From Felis catus (Eukaryota): a stretch of DNA of 64,000 nt. The position numbers and the translations under genes are program-made. Below the pieces are notes generated by a model. It was not told the origin of the DNA. It did not search any database and saw only the letters and a list, made by a program, of their open reading frames with translations. The stretch is taken from NCBI RefSeq assembly GCF_018350175.1, contig NC_058368.1, positions 184,266,001-184,330,000 of the forward strand, in the 5' to 3' direction. Positions 1 to 13,731 of the stretch are shown one piece after another. Each line of letters starts with the position of its first letter. Position 1 is the first letter of the stretch.

Positions 1-476
1 TATTCACAGAAAACCCCGAAGTTCAAAACCTGGAAAAAACTAAGACTCACCTATCTATAGCATATTAACATTATAGAGTTAACACCAAATAAAAAATATA
101 CTGCCTATTTACTACTGTAATTACTCAATTAGGTGTTTTACATGATAGAACTACTGTGTGTTTGTTGATTTAGAAGTCATGGAAAATTGAAATGTCTGAG
201 GGATTATGCAGATATGAACTGGAGCTGGACTGACTACAGATTAGACATTTAGATTTGGGCAAGGTTGATTTGGGGATCAGAAAATAAATTGGATATTAAA
301 GGAATATCCTACAGAAAGAGAAAAGAGGACGCACATGTAGTTATTAGGGGAAAAAAGGAGGGCAACCAAAGAAGTCAGGTAATTAATAAAGGAGAGGTTC
401 CTACTCAACTAGTTTTAAAGGAAATGTGTCTTCCTGAGTGTTTACATGCCACCAGGATTAGAGAATAAGAACATCA

Positions 477-699
477 GGGGGGCGCTTGGGTGGTTCAGTG
501 GGTTAAGCATCCCACTTAGGCTCAGGTCATGATCTCTTAGATCGTGAATTCGAGCCCTGCATCAGGCTCTGTGCTGACCACTCAGAGCCTGGAAGCTGCT
601 TCAGATTCTGTGTCTCCCTGTCTCCCACTGTCCCTCCCCCACTCACACACACTCTCTCTCTCTCTCAAAAATGAATACATATATTTTTTTAAAAAAAAG
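477..699 (+). mobile_element. Can-SINE (SINEC_Fc-like)
   Basis: Head ggggcgcttgggtggttcag, B-box-like gaattcgagccc, (CT)n and A-rich tail; short TSD gaacatca at 469-476 and 700-707. Confidence 0.93.
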
Positions 700-3558
700 G
701 AACATCAAGAAGAGTGTGTATGAAGCTGAGAGAAGAGATCCAATTAAAAGAGATAACGAGCTCAAAGCTAGAGCTCAAGGTTACAATGATAGCAAAGTCT
801 CTCTGGAGTTGGGACATGATGGAACCTGAAGTCAGAAAGGAAGGTTTAGCTTTAGACACAAAAAGATGAAATGAGCATTTTTCTGAGACTTGAAAGAGAG
901 ACTAGAGGGTGAGTGCAAACAGAACATTAAGCTTGGACAAAGATTAAAGCTGAAATTAAGGAAGTCAGCCTTCCTAGGCACAGTGGTGGGACCAACCACG
1001 TGTTGAGAAGAGAAAGGAGATACTGGAATCTTAGAAGAGAAAAAGTATGAAACCATTCTGGCTAGGCATATACTGAGGAGCCAGCAGGAAATAAAAGGAC
1101 TTATTAGCAGCAACAAAAAACAAGTTGTAGTTGTATTATCATACTTTATAGGACAGAGTAAGAACACTGGTTTTATATTTTAAAAAACTTTGACTTGTGT
1201 CCTAGTGTCATAATAATTTGACCGAACTGTTTTTTGGTAGTTACTGATATTAAATGCTTCCCTGTTCAGATCACTGAGTCTGTACAATGAGTAAGTGATA
1301 TTGTACCCATAAGAAAAAAAAATGTGTGTTTGTTATTAACATTTACTAGGAAAAAATAAATTCTCAAACTCTCTTGATTAACTTTATTTCTGTAAACAGC
1401 ATCACTGTTCCAGATGTTCTGGACTCATTTTTACCATGGGTCCAAGAACAAAGAAAATCTTAGAAAATCATTGTTTTCTCAAGCTTAGTTCAAAATGAGG
1501 CAAAAAAACATCTGTAAAAACTGGGCAAGAGAAAAACCAAGAAATCTATTCTGCTTCCATAAAGGAAAAAATGACATAGCTGAATCCGAGGGTAACAATA
1601 GAAATGAGGTCACCCTGCTATTATCTCAACAAGACGTTTTCTGTTTATTTGGATTTTTGTTTTGTTCTGTTTTGCTTTTTTATGTACTGGGCATTGGAAA
1701 GGAGGAAAAAGATTAAGCAAATGAAAATGCTTTTATGTTATAAATTCACACAACATTGCCAAACCCAAGGAGCAAAGTACTATTCATTTTCCATGTCTTG
1801 GTGTACAACAAATGGACACAAATGTGTCTCAGTCTTGCTAAAATATAAGCAGCGGGACATGGAGGTAGACTGGAGCCTTTCTAAATGTCTGGCTAACAAA
1901 ATGACAGAGTGAATATTTGGAAATTGAACTGAGCAAAGAAATATAAAATTTTTCCATGAACTTGTATAATTGAAGTCAAAGGAATTTATGACATAAAAAT
2001 GGCTTTTCCTCAAATTTATTTGAGTGTACTGGCTGCTAACTGAAGCAAAAGATAAAAAGTGATCAAGTGATATTCATAGTGGACACTGAACTCGAGTTCA
2101 AGATAGGTCAAAATGTTCAAGTCAAGTACTGCCCAGGGATTACCATTATTGCTGTGCTGAGCAGAAAAAGATAAACATGTTGAGCCCAGGGATTACTGAT
2201 TCTCAATTTATAAGCATAAACCACCAAACCTCTCCAAATTACATGTGTAAAACCTTAACTGACCACCAAGATGAGGTCCATTTGATGAGACTATATTCAG
2301 ATTCTACTTTTTTCTGCCTCAGGTTTAAGCCAATGCTGTTTTAAATCACTGTATAAGAAGTTGTATTTAAACTCCACTAATTATTTTAATCTTACTTTCT
2401 ATAACATTGCTCCATTGTCTTTTTTTTCATTTTTCACAAAATTTTACATATATGATGAAGAACACAGACACACTTTAAGGAAAAGTAAACAATCGGCTGG
2501 TTAAATGTAGAAGTAAATAAGCATCTCAGTAATGTTAAATAACTATTATCATGTCTTAATTATGTTTAGGGTCTATATTATTTTAATATGAGTATAGTTC
2601 AAGAGATGTCCACTAGAACTTGACCTATCATGCATTTTCACACATACAAAATTTTTTGAAAAGCATTGGAAAAGTTATTTTCACTCCACCTAATTGCCCA
2701 TTTTTTATTTCCGTTAATTTCTACGTTGAGGGTGGAGGAGAGGGGTAGAAAATAGAAAAGCATAGAGAGGAAGGAGGGCAAGGAGGAGGAGAAAGGAAGA
2801 AGTGAAAGAGGGGGAGGGAGGGAGAAAGATTAGCTCCAGATTAACTTCTAATATAATACAAGACGCTGACAGCATACCGGGGACCTAGTAAGTAACTGAC
2901 TTCATGAGTTTCAATTAGTCACACACAGCCTTTGAAAGGGTTGATTTCTTCATGAGGATGGTCGTCTAGAATTTAGACTCCAGTATACTTCTTAGGTAAC
3001 TGTTAGTTTTAACAAAAAAGTTAGTTCTATTATTTTAACATATATTCAGTTTTTATCACTGAATAACAAAATGAAAGACGCTTGTTTGAGAACGAGAATG
3101 GATTAAGAATTGTTTTGAAAAATTGGACGTAATTGTGGTATTCAGGAGAGAAGAGAATTTTGATTGTTTGCTTGCTGTGCTCTAACACATTCTTTCTTGC
3201 ATTGATTGGGAATAATTGGCAAATGCATCTCTGTCAGATTTATTGATCATTTTGAAGACAGCTCAACTAGGTTTGTATGCGGATATAATCATGTGGGAGT
3301 AACAAGCTTGCAGAATACAAGACTTTCTACCACTATGCAGAGTTCAAGGCTTCAACATTCCCATTTTCCTTCTTACTTCATCCCCAGACTTTTAAATAAT
3401 GACAAAAACTTAATGCTACATCCTTTGGTTGTATCAATAGTCATTGTTCACTCACCATCTGTGACACAATTTGTACTGATCTTTTTGTGTGTAAATGATT
3501 TGACACTGAGATATTATTTATCTTCTCTATCATTGACTATTATTTATCTTTTTTAGGA

Positions 3559-3918
3559 CTGTTGACCCTTGAACAACATGGCTTTGAACCATGCAGGGGC
3601 ACTTTTATGTGAATTTTTCTCAATAATTATATTGGAAAATTTTTTGGACTTGTAACAATTTGAAAAAAAGCAGATGAACCATGTAGGCTCATCTACATTT
3701 CAGAAATACTGAAAAAAAATTAAGAAAAAGGTACTATTCTAAGAATACAGTATATAATACGTAAAACAAAATATATGTTGACTGTATCATCAGTAAGGCT
3801 TCCGGTCAACAGTAGGCTGTTACTTGTTACATTTTTGAAGAGTTAACAGTTATAAGCAGATTTTCAATTGTGCAAAGGATCGATGCCACTAACTCATGCA
3901 TTATTGAAGGGTCAGCTG
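3559..3918. mobile_element. Tigger2a-like non-autonomous Tc1/mariner DNA transposon
   Basis: Imperfect terminal inverted repeats ctgttgacccttgaacaa ... ttattgaagggtcagctg followed by TA; the left end matches the recalled Tigger2 terminus cagttgacccttgaacaac. Confidence 0.8.
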
Positions 3919-4434
3919 TATTCTTTATTCCTTGTAGTTGTAAGTCCCATGTTCAATGGTCAGAAATATTCTACTCTTAGCAGAGGAAAAGATTTTGTAT
4001 CTGACTAGCCTTTATTCCTTGCAATTTACTCTGTCACTATTTCTCCCTTTTTTGGACAACTACTCTCAAGTATTTACTGACTCCGATTTCTGTAATACAT
4101 TTAAAGTGTTTATTTATCTTCTGCCTAACAGAAGGTAAACTAACAGCATCTCCATCTCTCCTTTGTTTACAGAGGAAATTCTCCAAAAAATATTGGTCAT
4201 ACAAAATGCTAAACTTAAAATGTAACCAGAATTGATATTATCTTGAAAAAGTAATTGTATAGGTGTATGATTTAGACACTCTTGCAGAGATTAGAGACAA
4301 CATGAGATGAGAAGCATAGTCTACATGACTATGATACAACTTTCCTCTTCATTTTGGTTTTCCATTTATTTTAATTTTAAGCAACCTCATATTAAATATA
4401 TATCCCATACTAAGTGAGAGCTGATAGGGAAGAA

Positions 4435-4605
4435 ATGTAGCATAGGGAGTAGAATAAGGGCTCTTTTATCAACTGCCAGGGTTAGAATCCAGTCACTTTT
4501 ATGTACTAGCTGTGTGACTCTGGGCAAATTCATATGATTTTTGTGATTAGGACATAGTGTGAGTATATAAGGTACCTAGGACAATGCTTAGCATATAATA
4601 TGGGA
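4435..4605 (+). mobile_element. MIR fragment
   Basis: Core motif tactagctgtgtgactctgggcaaatt; upstream gggttagaatccag. Confidence 0.65.
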
Positions 4606-4626
4606 TCCATAAGAGTTGGAACACCT

Positions 4627-4840
4627 GGGGCGCCAGGGTGGCTCAGTTGGTTAAGCGTCCGACTTCGGCTCAGTTCATGATCTCGCGGTCCGTGATTTCG
4701 AGCCCTGTGTCGGGCTCTGGGCTGACAGCTCAGAGCCTGGAGCCTGTTTCAGATTCTGTGTCTCCCTCTCTCTCTGACCCTCCCCCATTCATGCTCTGTC
4801 TCTCCATCTCAAAAATAAAAACAAACATTAAAAAAAAAAA
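4627..4840 (+). mobile_element. Young Can-SINE (SINEC_Fc)
   Basis: CpGs retained; poly(A); perfect TSD aagagttggaacacctg at 4611-4627 and 4841-4857. Confidence 0.97.
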
Positions 4841-5280
4841 AAGAGTTGGAACACCTGACCATTCTAGTTTTCATGCTGTTTGGGGGTATATTTAATTACT
4901 GCTAAATACAATTATGTTTTTAAGCATATTTTATTTATACAAAATTATACACAATGGTGAAGATACCATTATAACTATAAACTCATTTATTTGTGTACCA
5001 GGAAAAAATTATCAATATGTTGTAATCTATATTTGAAACCATGCAGAAGGCATATACTTACATCACATTCTGTAACTACTACTTCTATTACTACTAACTA
5101 TGTAATTACTACAATATATTTGTGGAACTGCCCACAAAGAGCAGTCTCAACGACGATGAATATACATATGTCAACTTTAAAAAATAGACAAAATATAACA
5201 CAATTTGCAAGATGACTATTAATGATTAAAATACTCAATTGCATATAAAGGGACAATTTAAAAAATAAATTAATTAACCT

Positions 5281-5499
5281 ATGGTGCTTGGGTGGCTCAG
5301 TAGGTTAAGCATCTGACTTCAGCTCAGGTCATGATCTCACAACTCACGGGTTCAAGCCCTGCATCAGGCTCTGTGCTAACAGCTAGGAGCCTGGAGCCTG
5401 CTCTGGATTCTGTATCTTCCTCTCTTTGCCCATACTCTGCTTGCAATCTGTCTCTCTCTCTCTCTCTCAAAAATAATAAACATTAAAAATTTTTTAAAT
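5281..5499 (+). mobile_element. Can-SINE
   Basis: ggtgcttgggtggctcag head, (CT)n, A tail; TSD-like aaaataaattaat at 5262-5274 and 5500-5512. Confidence 0.92.
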
Positions 5500-5524
5500 A
5501 AAATAAATTAATCAGAATGTGAGA

Positions 5525-5690
5525 AAACAGTATGGTATAGTGGAAGCAGTGTGAGTCTTGGAATTGGAGAGACCCAGCTACTTAACTATTAAATTTATTA
5601 CTTTAAACAAGTTGTTAAACTTTTCTGATTTGGGATTTCTTCATTTATATATATGCTAATAATTCCACCTACCTCTCATAGGTTATCCAT
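5525..5690 (+). mobile_element. MIR fragment
   Basis: cagtatggtatagtggaa ... ctttaaacaagttgttaaacttttctg ... tttcttcattt resembles the MIR head and core. Confidence 0.6.
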
Positions 5691-6612
5691 TTTTCCCCAT
5701 TACCTATTATGGAAGTTATGTGCAAATTTTTGAAGTTGCCTAAATATGCTAATAATATAGGAATATTATTAATCATAATATATACCAGAAAATATCTTAC
5801 TATTTTCTAGTAATTTGTGACAATATGTTTTAAGGTACATGAATTGATCCATCAAAGTGTGATACCCACTATGTTTGCTAGACATTCTTCATATTATAAA
5901 TGAAGAAATCCTAGCCATGTGATCTTACTTGAAAAATGGAATGTAAACTAACATTTATTGCCTATACTGTACCAGCATAATGCTAAATTCTCTTATATGT
6001 TAACTCATTTAATTATTTTATGTTACCCCATTTAATTCAGCCAATAAATGTATGAGGAAGACTAAAGATGGCTAGAAAGAAATAGCCTTTTAACTCATGT
6101 TGTGTCCCTACTTCAATAAATGCCCAAGTCAAAATTCACTTTTTCTATGATTTTTTTTTACATCCTGTATTTTTCTTCTGTAATCTACTTTATAGTCCAT
6201 TCTGAATTTATGTATTGGTAAAAGGTAAAATGAGAATTAAGAACTGGATACTATAGCAATTTATGTATTAGGTCACATAATGAGGAGATAGCTAATTAGT
6301 AGGAAGACCATGAAGTAGGTAGACTGCTTGGGTTCCAGTCAGTACCCCAAATCTTGGAAGGACAATTTAGGTAAAAGGCCAGTCAGTAAATGAAACCAAA
6401 ACAGATACTTTTGTTTCTGAGCCTTAGGTTTTAGGCAGGGGCGTGGTTACCAGTAAAGGGGATAAAAATCAAGGTTCTGCATGCAAAATAAGAAGCCTAA
6501 GTAGAGTTAACATAATGGTTGGTTGGCCTCTTGATTTAGAGTATGTCTGGTCTCCAAATGGATGAAAGCTAAATTTATAAGAAGTAAATGATACTTATTG
6601 GCATTGTTAGGT

Positions 6613-6870
6613 CAGTGTTTTTCAAAATCTGTTCCTCATAATACCAGTATATGAATTTCCCTATTAAAAAAGGGTTCTGTTGTCAAATGATTGGGAGGAA
6701 TACAAAATTTGCTCACCTTTCTATGATAAATGCACTAAGAAATCTAGCAATAGAGAAAGCTATTTCATTCTGTTTTATCCAGTGTTTCCCAAAACTATTT
6801 GATTACAAAATACTTTCCTCACATAGTATCTCTTAATATCCCCCACAAGTGTTCTACAAAACAGACATGT
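6613..6870. mobile_element. MER103C-like hAT-Charlie MITE
   Basis: cagtgtttttcaaa start; aaaaaagggttctgttgtcaaatgattggga and its internal inverted counterpart cagtgtttcccaaaactatttga, as in the recalled MER103C. Confidence 0.65.
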
Positions 6871-6898
6871 GTTATTTTATAAAAAATATGTCCCCCAA

Positions 6899-6900
<2 letters not shown>

Positions 6901-6941
<41 letters not shown>
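6901..6941. repeat. (GT)20 microsatellite
   Basis: Seen directly. Confidence 0.98.
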
Positions 6942-6943
<2 letters not shown>

Positions 6944-7027
6944 GTGAAATATAGAAGGGATACACAAGGTTATTAGCATAGGTTTGTGGACAAGATGACT
7001 TGAGGGGAAGCTGAGGAAGGAGTTAGG

Positions 7028-7141
7028 TGGGAAGGGAAGGGAAGAGAAAGGAAGGGAAGGGAAGGGAAGGGAAGGGAAGGGAAGGGAAGGGAAGGGAAGG
7101 GAAGGCAGGGGAAAGGAAAGAAGGGTAGGGAAAGGAAGAAG
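7028..7141. repeat. (GGGAA)n pentanucleotide / polypurine tract
   Basis: Seen directly. Confidence 0.95.
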
Positions 7142-7149
7142 TAAAAGTA

Positions 7150-7960
7150 AATAGCCAACAAATAAGAATCTGAATATGAATTTATTCCAGATGAAATGAA
7201 ATTCATAGAACCTGATGAACAAGTTTATAAACAAGTAAATGAAAAGATACCATCCATGTTAAAAGGATAAGAATTTGTGAAACAAACAGGCAAAAATATG
7301 AGAATAGTAAGATGTGGAAAAGATGCAATTAGAAATATTGGCAATGAAGAAAACACTGAAATTATAAGGAAAATCCCAATAAATGGGATAAATTCTAATT
7401 TGGAGACAAAGGTATAATGAATTGAAATAATATTTACACATGCTGTACCAAGTTCTTTTTTGTTCTTCTTGAAATAGCTTTTGTGAATTTTAATCATATA
7501 GAAGTCTATTACCAAATTATTTTTAAAAGTGCTTCTTAAATGAATCAATCTCCCAACAACCCTATGACATGCACTACTATTGTCAATATTTTACAAATGA
7601 GGAAACTGATGTTTAGAGGTTAAGTAATTTGCTCAAAAACATATAGCTGGTAAGTAAAGAATTCATTCCAAGCACTGTCCATGCAGACAAATAGATAAAA
7701 GCATGAAAAGCAATTAAGAAACCAAAAGATGGATAGATATAAGTTATGGGAATGGTACCATCTAACTTCCAGATAATGGTTAACTTTCAGAAGCAGAGGA
7801 GAGTTATTGATTATGGTGTTTAAATGGTATCTATGGTTACATTTGTTTGAAAATGACAGAACCCACTGAAGAAAATATAGAAAGATGGCAACATCTCTTA
7901 AGTTTGGTGATGGGTATTTGAATCTCCAGATATTTAAAAAAATCATGGAAATTAAAATTT
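7150..7960 (+). mobile_element. Highly decayed old L1M(E) 3' fragments interrupted by a MIR (~7545-7685, minus)
   Basis: A-rich L1-like segments; MIR motif attttacaaatgaggaaactgatgtttagaggttaagtaatttgctcaa. Confidence 0.45.
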
Positions 7961-9344
7961 AATATTTAAAAAGTGATCTGAGAACAAACTGTTTCATTTT
8001 GTAAAAATAAATTATATGTACAAAAGAATGAAAGAAATATATCATTTTTGTTATCGTTACATTTAAAACAATGCTTTTATAAATGTTCTTAGGTTAAGAT
8101 GCTCCTATAAAGTAGCATCCAATCCAGAGCTCAATGCATGTTTTCAAAGTTAAACTTATTATATTTCTGGACATATATTCCAATTGCATAGTTTGGCTGC
8201 ATTGCGAAAAACTTCATGCATTACTCTTGGGAACAATTAAGAGACCTTTGGAGCCAATTTACCAATAGATTATGGAATATGACATCACTCTCCTACTTAT
8301 CTTTTATTTCAACTTTCATGATTTTTATCAATGCACATTCTAAACTCTTCAAGTTTCCAAAAAATACAAAATAAAATTGATTGTTTTTAAAACTTTAATT
8401 CATTTAAATGAACCAACCCAATATTTTCATTAAAATGTCCCTAAATAATAGGATTTTACTAATTTATACTAGAAAATTATAGCTAATAAGATTTTTCTTT
8501 TTACAGATTTCCATTGTTTTGAATATGTCTATTGCCAAATACAATCAATTCCCAAAAGACCACTCTTTAAGACAAGTATATGACATTGCTGAAAATATTG
8601 ATTGGGATAAACTCAGCCTCTTCTCATTAAATGTCCTCCCTGGACAGGAGAAAAGTAGGAAATGCAAACAAGTAAACAGTGTTCACCATCATTTAAAAAA
8701 TTCCATGGGCATAGGAGATATGAGTGTGTTGCTGGTAGAAGTAGGAGACAGACACTGGCTCTTAATGTTTATTTTATACTAGACCCTTTATAACAGAATT
8801 TCAGATTATTGATCGACATTGCCTGATTCCATTTCATTGAGTCCCATGAGAGTTGAAATTGCAGACTGAGATAAACTAAAAGTACCAAGTTCATCATGTT
8901 TAAAACTGCTTTTTCAGGGTATTGCTTTCCCTCTGCTACTTCAGTGCTATTCCTCCACCACTGAGAGGTTGTAATTGCAAAATGGATGTAGGGGAATAGC
9001 TTTTTTTTTAAAAAAAAAGAGCAGTTATGATCTAATGTCATATCGTCTGTGATGTGTGTCTGAAAGATTTATGCCCTGATTAAAGAAGCCTTGATTGAAT
9101 TTTCTGATAGAAAATTGTTTTGGTCATTGGCACATGTGTTGCATATTCTTTGATCCAAAGTCTGTTTCACTTATTGCTTGAAAAGTTAAGAGAAAGGCCT
9201 AAGGAAGAAAAATACTGTAAGTAGAAAGGAGGTAAAATGTATTCTATAAATCAAGCAGGCATTGGGATTTAGTGACCAATAATTTATGGTCAAGAAAGAG
9301 TTTCCAATGCATTCTCATTTTTAGTTGACATTTCAACCACTTAA

Positions 9345-9850
9345 TCATTCATTCATTCACTCAACAAATATTTATTTATTCAACACAAAGAGTGAATATT
9401 ACTTTGTGCCAGGCATGGTTTTAGGCACAAATTATACATCAGTAAACAGTACGACAGGGACAATGTTCTCTAGTTTGAAGTGAGGGCTGTCAGTCAGTAA
9501 ACAAGGAAAGGAATGAGTGAATGAAGACTTCCAATAGTGACTAATGCCATAAAGCAAATAGAACAGAGTTTGAGGTGATAAAAATTAATGGAAATGAGGA
9601 ATCTTCCTAGATTAAATATAGGTTACAAATGGCCTCTTTGAACATTCAAAGGGGCTGACAATATAGCTTACTAAGGGTAAGATGGATGAAAGGAAGGAGT
9701 GGTCAGTCAATATCAGAACATTCTAAGCAAAAGCAACAAATCCTAAACCCTAAAGGGAAATTGAGATTGGCTTAGTGTAATACTGAGTAGACTAGTGATG
9801 GGTGGAATATTTTAGGTATTAAGATTATGAGATTATAGAGATAGAATCAA
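9345..9850 (-). mobile_element. L2 3' end
   Basis: cattcattcattcactcaacaaatatttatt ... tgtgccaggcatggttttaggcac is the characteristic L2 tail in reverse orientation. Confidence 0.75.
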
Positions 9851-12019
9851 GAGTTCTCTTTTGGAAGACAGTGTTGCTCAATACTTTTTTGCACAGTTGA
9901 ATCATCTAAGGAATATTTAAAACTATCAACCGCTAGGTTGAATGTGAAGCCAATTCAATCAAAATAGACAGTACCTACACAACAGTTGAGAATCATTCAC
10001 ATGAAGCTTTGCAGGCCATGGAATGGATTCTGTATTTTATTCCAAGTGCAATGGCAATAGATCTCTTCTTGAGTATCTTTTGGCTTGTATCTAACAGTAG
10101 ACTGGCAAAACCCTTACTAAACACATCGACAAACACCACCATCTTATCAGATCAACTCTTTATATACCAAAACTTAAGAAATTATATTTCTCATAACCAA
10201 TATTTAATAAACACATTTTTTCCTTTCATAATTCACTTCCACATTTCCTAAATGCCCATCAAACTATTACACTCCTTCAACCTCTCAAGAAGTTCCTTTC
10301 CTCTCTTCTCTTACATTTGCCTGATCACAGACACAAACACTGGTGATTTCAAAGTTACAAGCAGCATATTCCTTAAAGCATCCATGGTCATACAACCATG
10401 AAGTCTAAAAGGGTGAGTTGACTTCTTAAGCAGTCATATGGAATGGACTGAATTCCACAGGGAATGGAAGAATTTTAAATGTGTCATGAATTATTTTGAT
10501 TTCAGTAAAACAAACCCATCTCCAGGTGAATCCAAGTAGCAGACTTATTTAGTATCATCAATCTTGACTTTCAATTCAAAATGCTTGCCCTTGAAGGCTC
10601 TAAGTGCTCCTTAGTCCAGACATGTACTCAGGGCTTTGTATGAGTTATGTATTAGAATGGTTGATAGTGTGCTGTATTTTTAAAATAAGCAAGTTTTAAA
10701 AATTGTGTGTGATCATACTTCTCAGCCTTCTCTCTACTAGCCTTCACTTTACTGTCCTACTGTTCGGAGGACTATTGATAATAATGCATTGGGAGCTGAA
10801 AAGAGTGGAAAGAATAGATTTGAGATGGTTTCATCACCTTCTATTTTGAAGTTAATAAAGTTCTATAGAGAATGGAGACAAAAGAAGTGTTAATTTGATT
10901 TGGGGCCATGAAGGGAAGATTTAAAAACTTAGACTAACTCTGAAGATGTTGATAACTTTAGAAAAAACATGCCATCAATTATATCTCCTGTTCTTTTGAT
11001 TAAAGGCACTGGTAGTGTTTTCTGGGCCAAAAGCAAATAGTGCAGATTTTATGTATTTGATTACCTCAATGTTGAATGAAATGGATAGCAGAAAGGACAA
11101 TAAGGCCAAATAAGATTCAACTCCACTGTGTCCATTTATCAGATCCTGTGAGATTAACAGCATTGAAATACAATTCTCATTAGAAGATTTTGTTTCTCTC
11201 AAGGACATTGACTCCCTGGTGCCCTGATCCTAAATTGGAGTTTTATGAATCTTGATTACCTTGTGGAAAATGAAATGTATCAGAGAATTCAGCTTTGCAT
11301 CTATTTGTGCAGGGGAGTTAAATTTATTTCCTGCCAACATCAGCAAGTCTGATTTTAGAGAATGCAGCTCATTAGAATAAGTTAACCATATTAGAATATA
11401 TGCTGCTCCATTCCTCCCTGCCAGCTGCTCTGGGTGCTACAATGCATCCTGAGAAGCCAAAGAGAAAGCAGACCTCCCCTGTACCTCATTCACCGATTCT
11501 GTTCAGACTAGGAAATTGGTTCAAATAAAGAAAACTTTCTAACAGGCTGGGTTTAGACATGTCCTGGGCAACAGAAATTCATATAAGAAAGTGGAGGACT
11601 ACCATAGCGCCTGTGCAGTCACCAAATTCCAGCCATAAGAAGCAGCACAGGGGAGTTAGAATGTAGAGAGACACCATTATTGGTACAGCGGCCAGTTTCT
11701 GGTTGATATATTTGAACTCTCTTTTCTTCTACCAATTTGCAATTACAGAAAGATTTTGCTTATGTTCTTGGGCTCAAGATACATTCTTTTTTTTTTTACT
11801 TTTTTACAATCTTTGCTTCCATAGGTATGATCTATCCCACTTTTCCCCCCCATTCTTAATGTTGTTTGTGTTTTCCAGGCCATTATCATCCTATACTTGC
11901 ATTATTGTGCTATTTTTCAAATTCATCTCTGCTCCCTAATTCCCAGAGAACATTGCTCCATTCACCAATATACACACAAAAGCACACACTTGTTCTCACA
12001 CAGAAAAATCCATTATTCC

Positions 12020-12228
12020 GGTGCACCTGGGTGGTTCAGACAGTTAAGAATTTGACTCTTTAGCTCAGATCATGATTTTAGCTTAGGTCATGATCTCCTG
12101 ATTCTTGGGATTGAGCCCCGAAGCTCAGAGTCCTCTTGGGATTCTCTCTCTCCCCCACTCTCTCTCTGCCCCCTGCTTCCTTGCCCTCTCTCTTGCTCAC
12201 TCTCTCTCAATATAAATAAACTTAAAAT
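12020..12228 (+). mobile_element. Can-SINE (older type)
   Basis: gcacctgggtggttcag head, CT-rich region, A tail; TSD aatccattattcc at 12007-12019 vs aatctattattcc at 12229-12241. Confidence 0.9.
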
Positions 12229-12759
12229 AATCTATTATTCCAAATCTTGGTAAATTTGCCAAAATATCATTGATAACATTTCACTAATAGTCACTAAAAA
12301 CATAACAAATTAACAGCAAAATAGTAGTATGTTTCATGATATCATTCCACTACTTGAAAATCTCAAACGTTTCTTCATTTAGGATGAAAAGCAAGCATTT
12401 TAACCTGGCCCTGACAGCCCTACTACCTGCTATAATTCAGATTGACGCTGGATCACAGAGACGAAGTAAGTAAGCATCAGAGGGACACTACACATAAAGT
12501 GCTTAACATACTGCCTAACACATTGAAAGACCTCAGGAAAATATTGCAGTCAACATAACCATTAAATTATTTCAATATAAGGTGCCCTTAGAACAACCTG
12601 TCAACTCATGGTTTCCTAAATATTTGAAGTTGTCATGTGAATTGTCACATCCACACTCCTAATTATATTTCCCCTCTCCTTTTACATGTATACATACACA
12701 CATACACACACACATATAGATATATCTTTATATACAACATTTTCTTTGAGACTTAGTAA

Positions 12760-12995
12760 GGGCACATATGGTAAGAGATAGGAACAGAGGGCTCTGCTGT
12801 CTGAATCCATTATTTTGAATCCTGTTCACTATTTCTTAGTTCCGTACAAGCTGGTAACCTCTCCAAGCCTCAGTACTCCTGTCAGTCGAATAGGACAATA
12901 ACAACACTCACCCGCTAGACATGTGAGAATTGAAAGAAATAATACATGTCAAACACAGTACAGCACATGGCACATAGTAGACATTCAACTGATAC
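12760..12995 (+). mobile_element. MIR
   Basis: aacctctccaagcctcagtactcctgtcagt ... aacacagtacagcacatggcacatagtagacattcaa. Confidence 0.7.
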
Positions 12996-13531
12996 TTTCT
13001 GAAAAATCAATTTCAGGTTCCATGTTCTCTGCCAATTTTTTCTCAAACAGCCCAGCCCCTGGTGGTTCAATCTTTATTTTTAAAATGGTCTGTGCAACTC
13101 ACTTGGTGTAGAATCCTTGCCTTATACTCCATTGTCACCATTTTGAGTTACTCAATTTTTGTTGCATTATTAACTTTTGCTCTCCAAAATGGCCGTTGAC
13201 TTTTAGAAAAAACAAACAATTATACTCTGCCTCTACTATTTAGCATGTCTACCATGGTGAGTTTCCTTTAGCTTTCACTCATTCATTCAACAAATATGCA
13301 CTGTCATGTTGAATTAAGACCACTTATACTACAGAGTCTCTGAACTCATGGGATTAACGTTTTATAGGGAAAAAACAGATATAATATTAAGGAGAGTACA
13401 AGAAATTAAATAGTTAACGTTGAAGCAAATATTGTTAATTTTATATCACTAATAGAATGAATATGTATCCATATAAATGTATATACATTGCATAAACATG
13501 TACAGAGATTAAAACTAAGAAGAGGGAGCTT

Positions 13532-13731
13532 GGGGGTGCCTGGGTGGCTCAGTCAGTTAAATGTCCGACTTCTGCTCAGGTCATGATCTCACAGTTTGTA
13601 AGTTGGAGCCCCACATCAGGCTCTATGCTGACAGCTGGGAGCTTGGAGCCTGCTTTGGATTCTGCGTCTCCCTCTCTCTCTACCCCTCCTCCTCTCACAC
13701 TCTGTGTCTCTCAAAAATAAACATTAAAAAA
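13532..13731 (+). mobile_element. Can-SINE (SINEC_Fc-like)
   Basis: Perfect TSD aagaagagggagctt at 13517-13531 and 13732-13746. Confidence 0.96.

Noticed and set aside
4638..4895. Recurrent ORFs like AQLVKRPTSAQVMIS.. (also 20314, 35586, 36825, 37426, 50726, 55569, 63001) as a gene family
   Set aside because: They are translations of Can-SINE copies.
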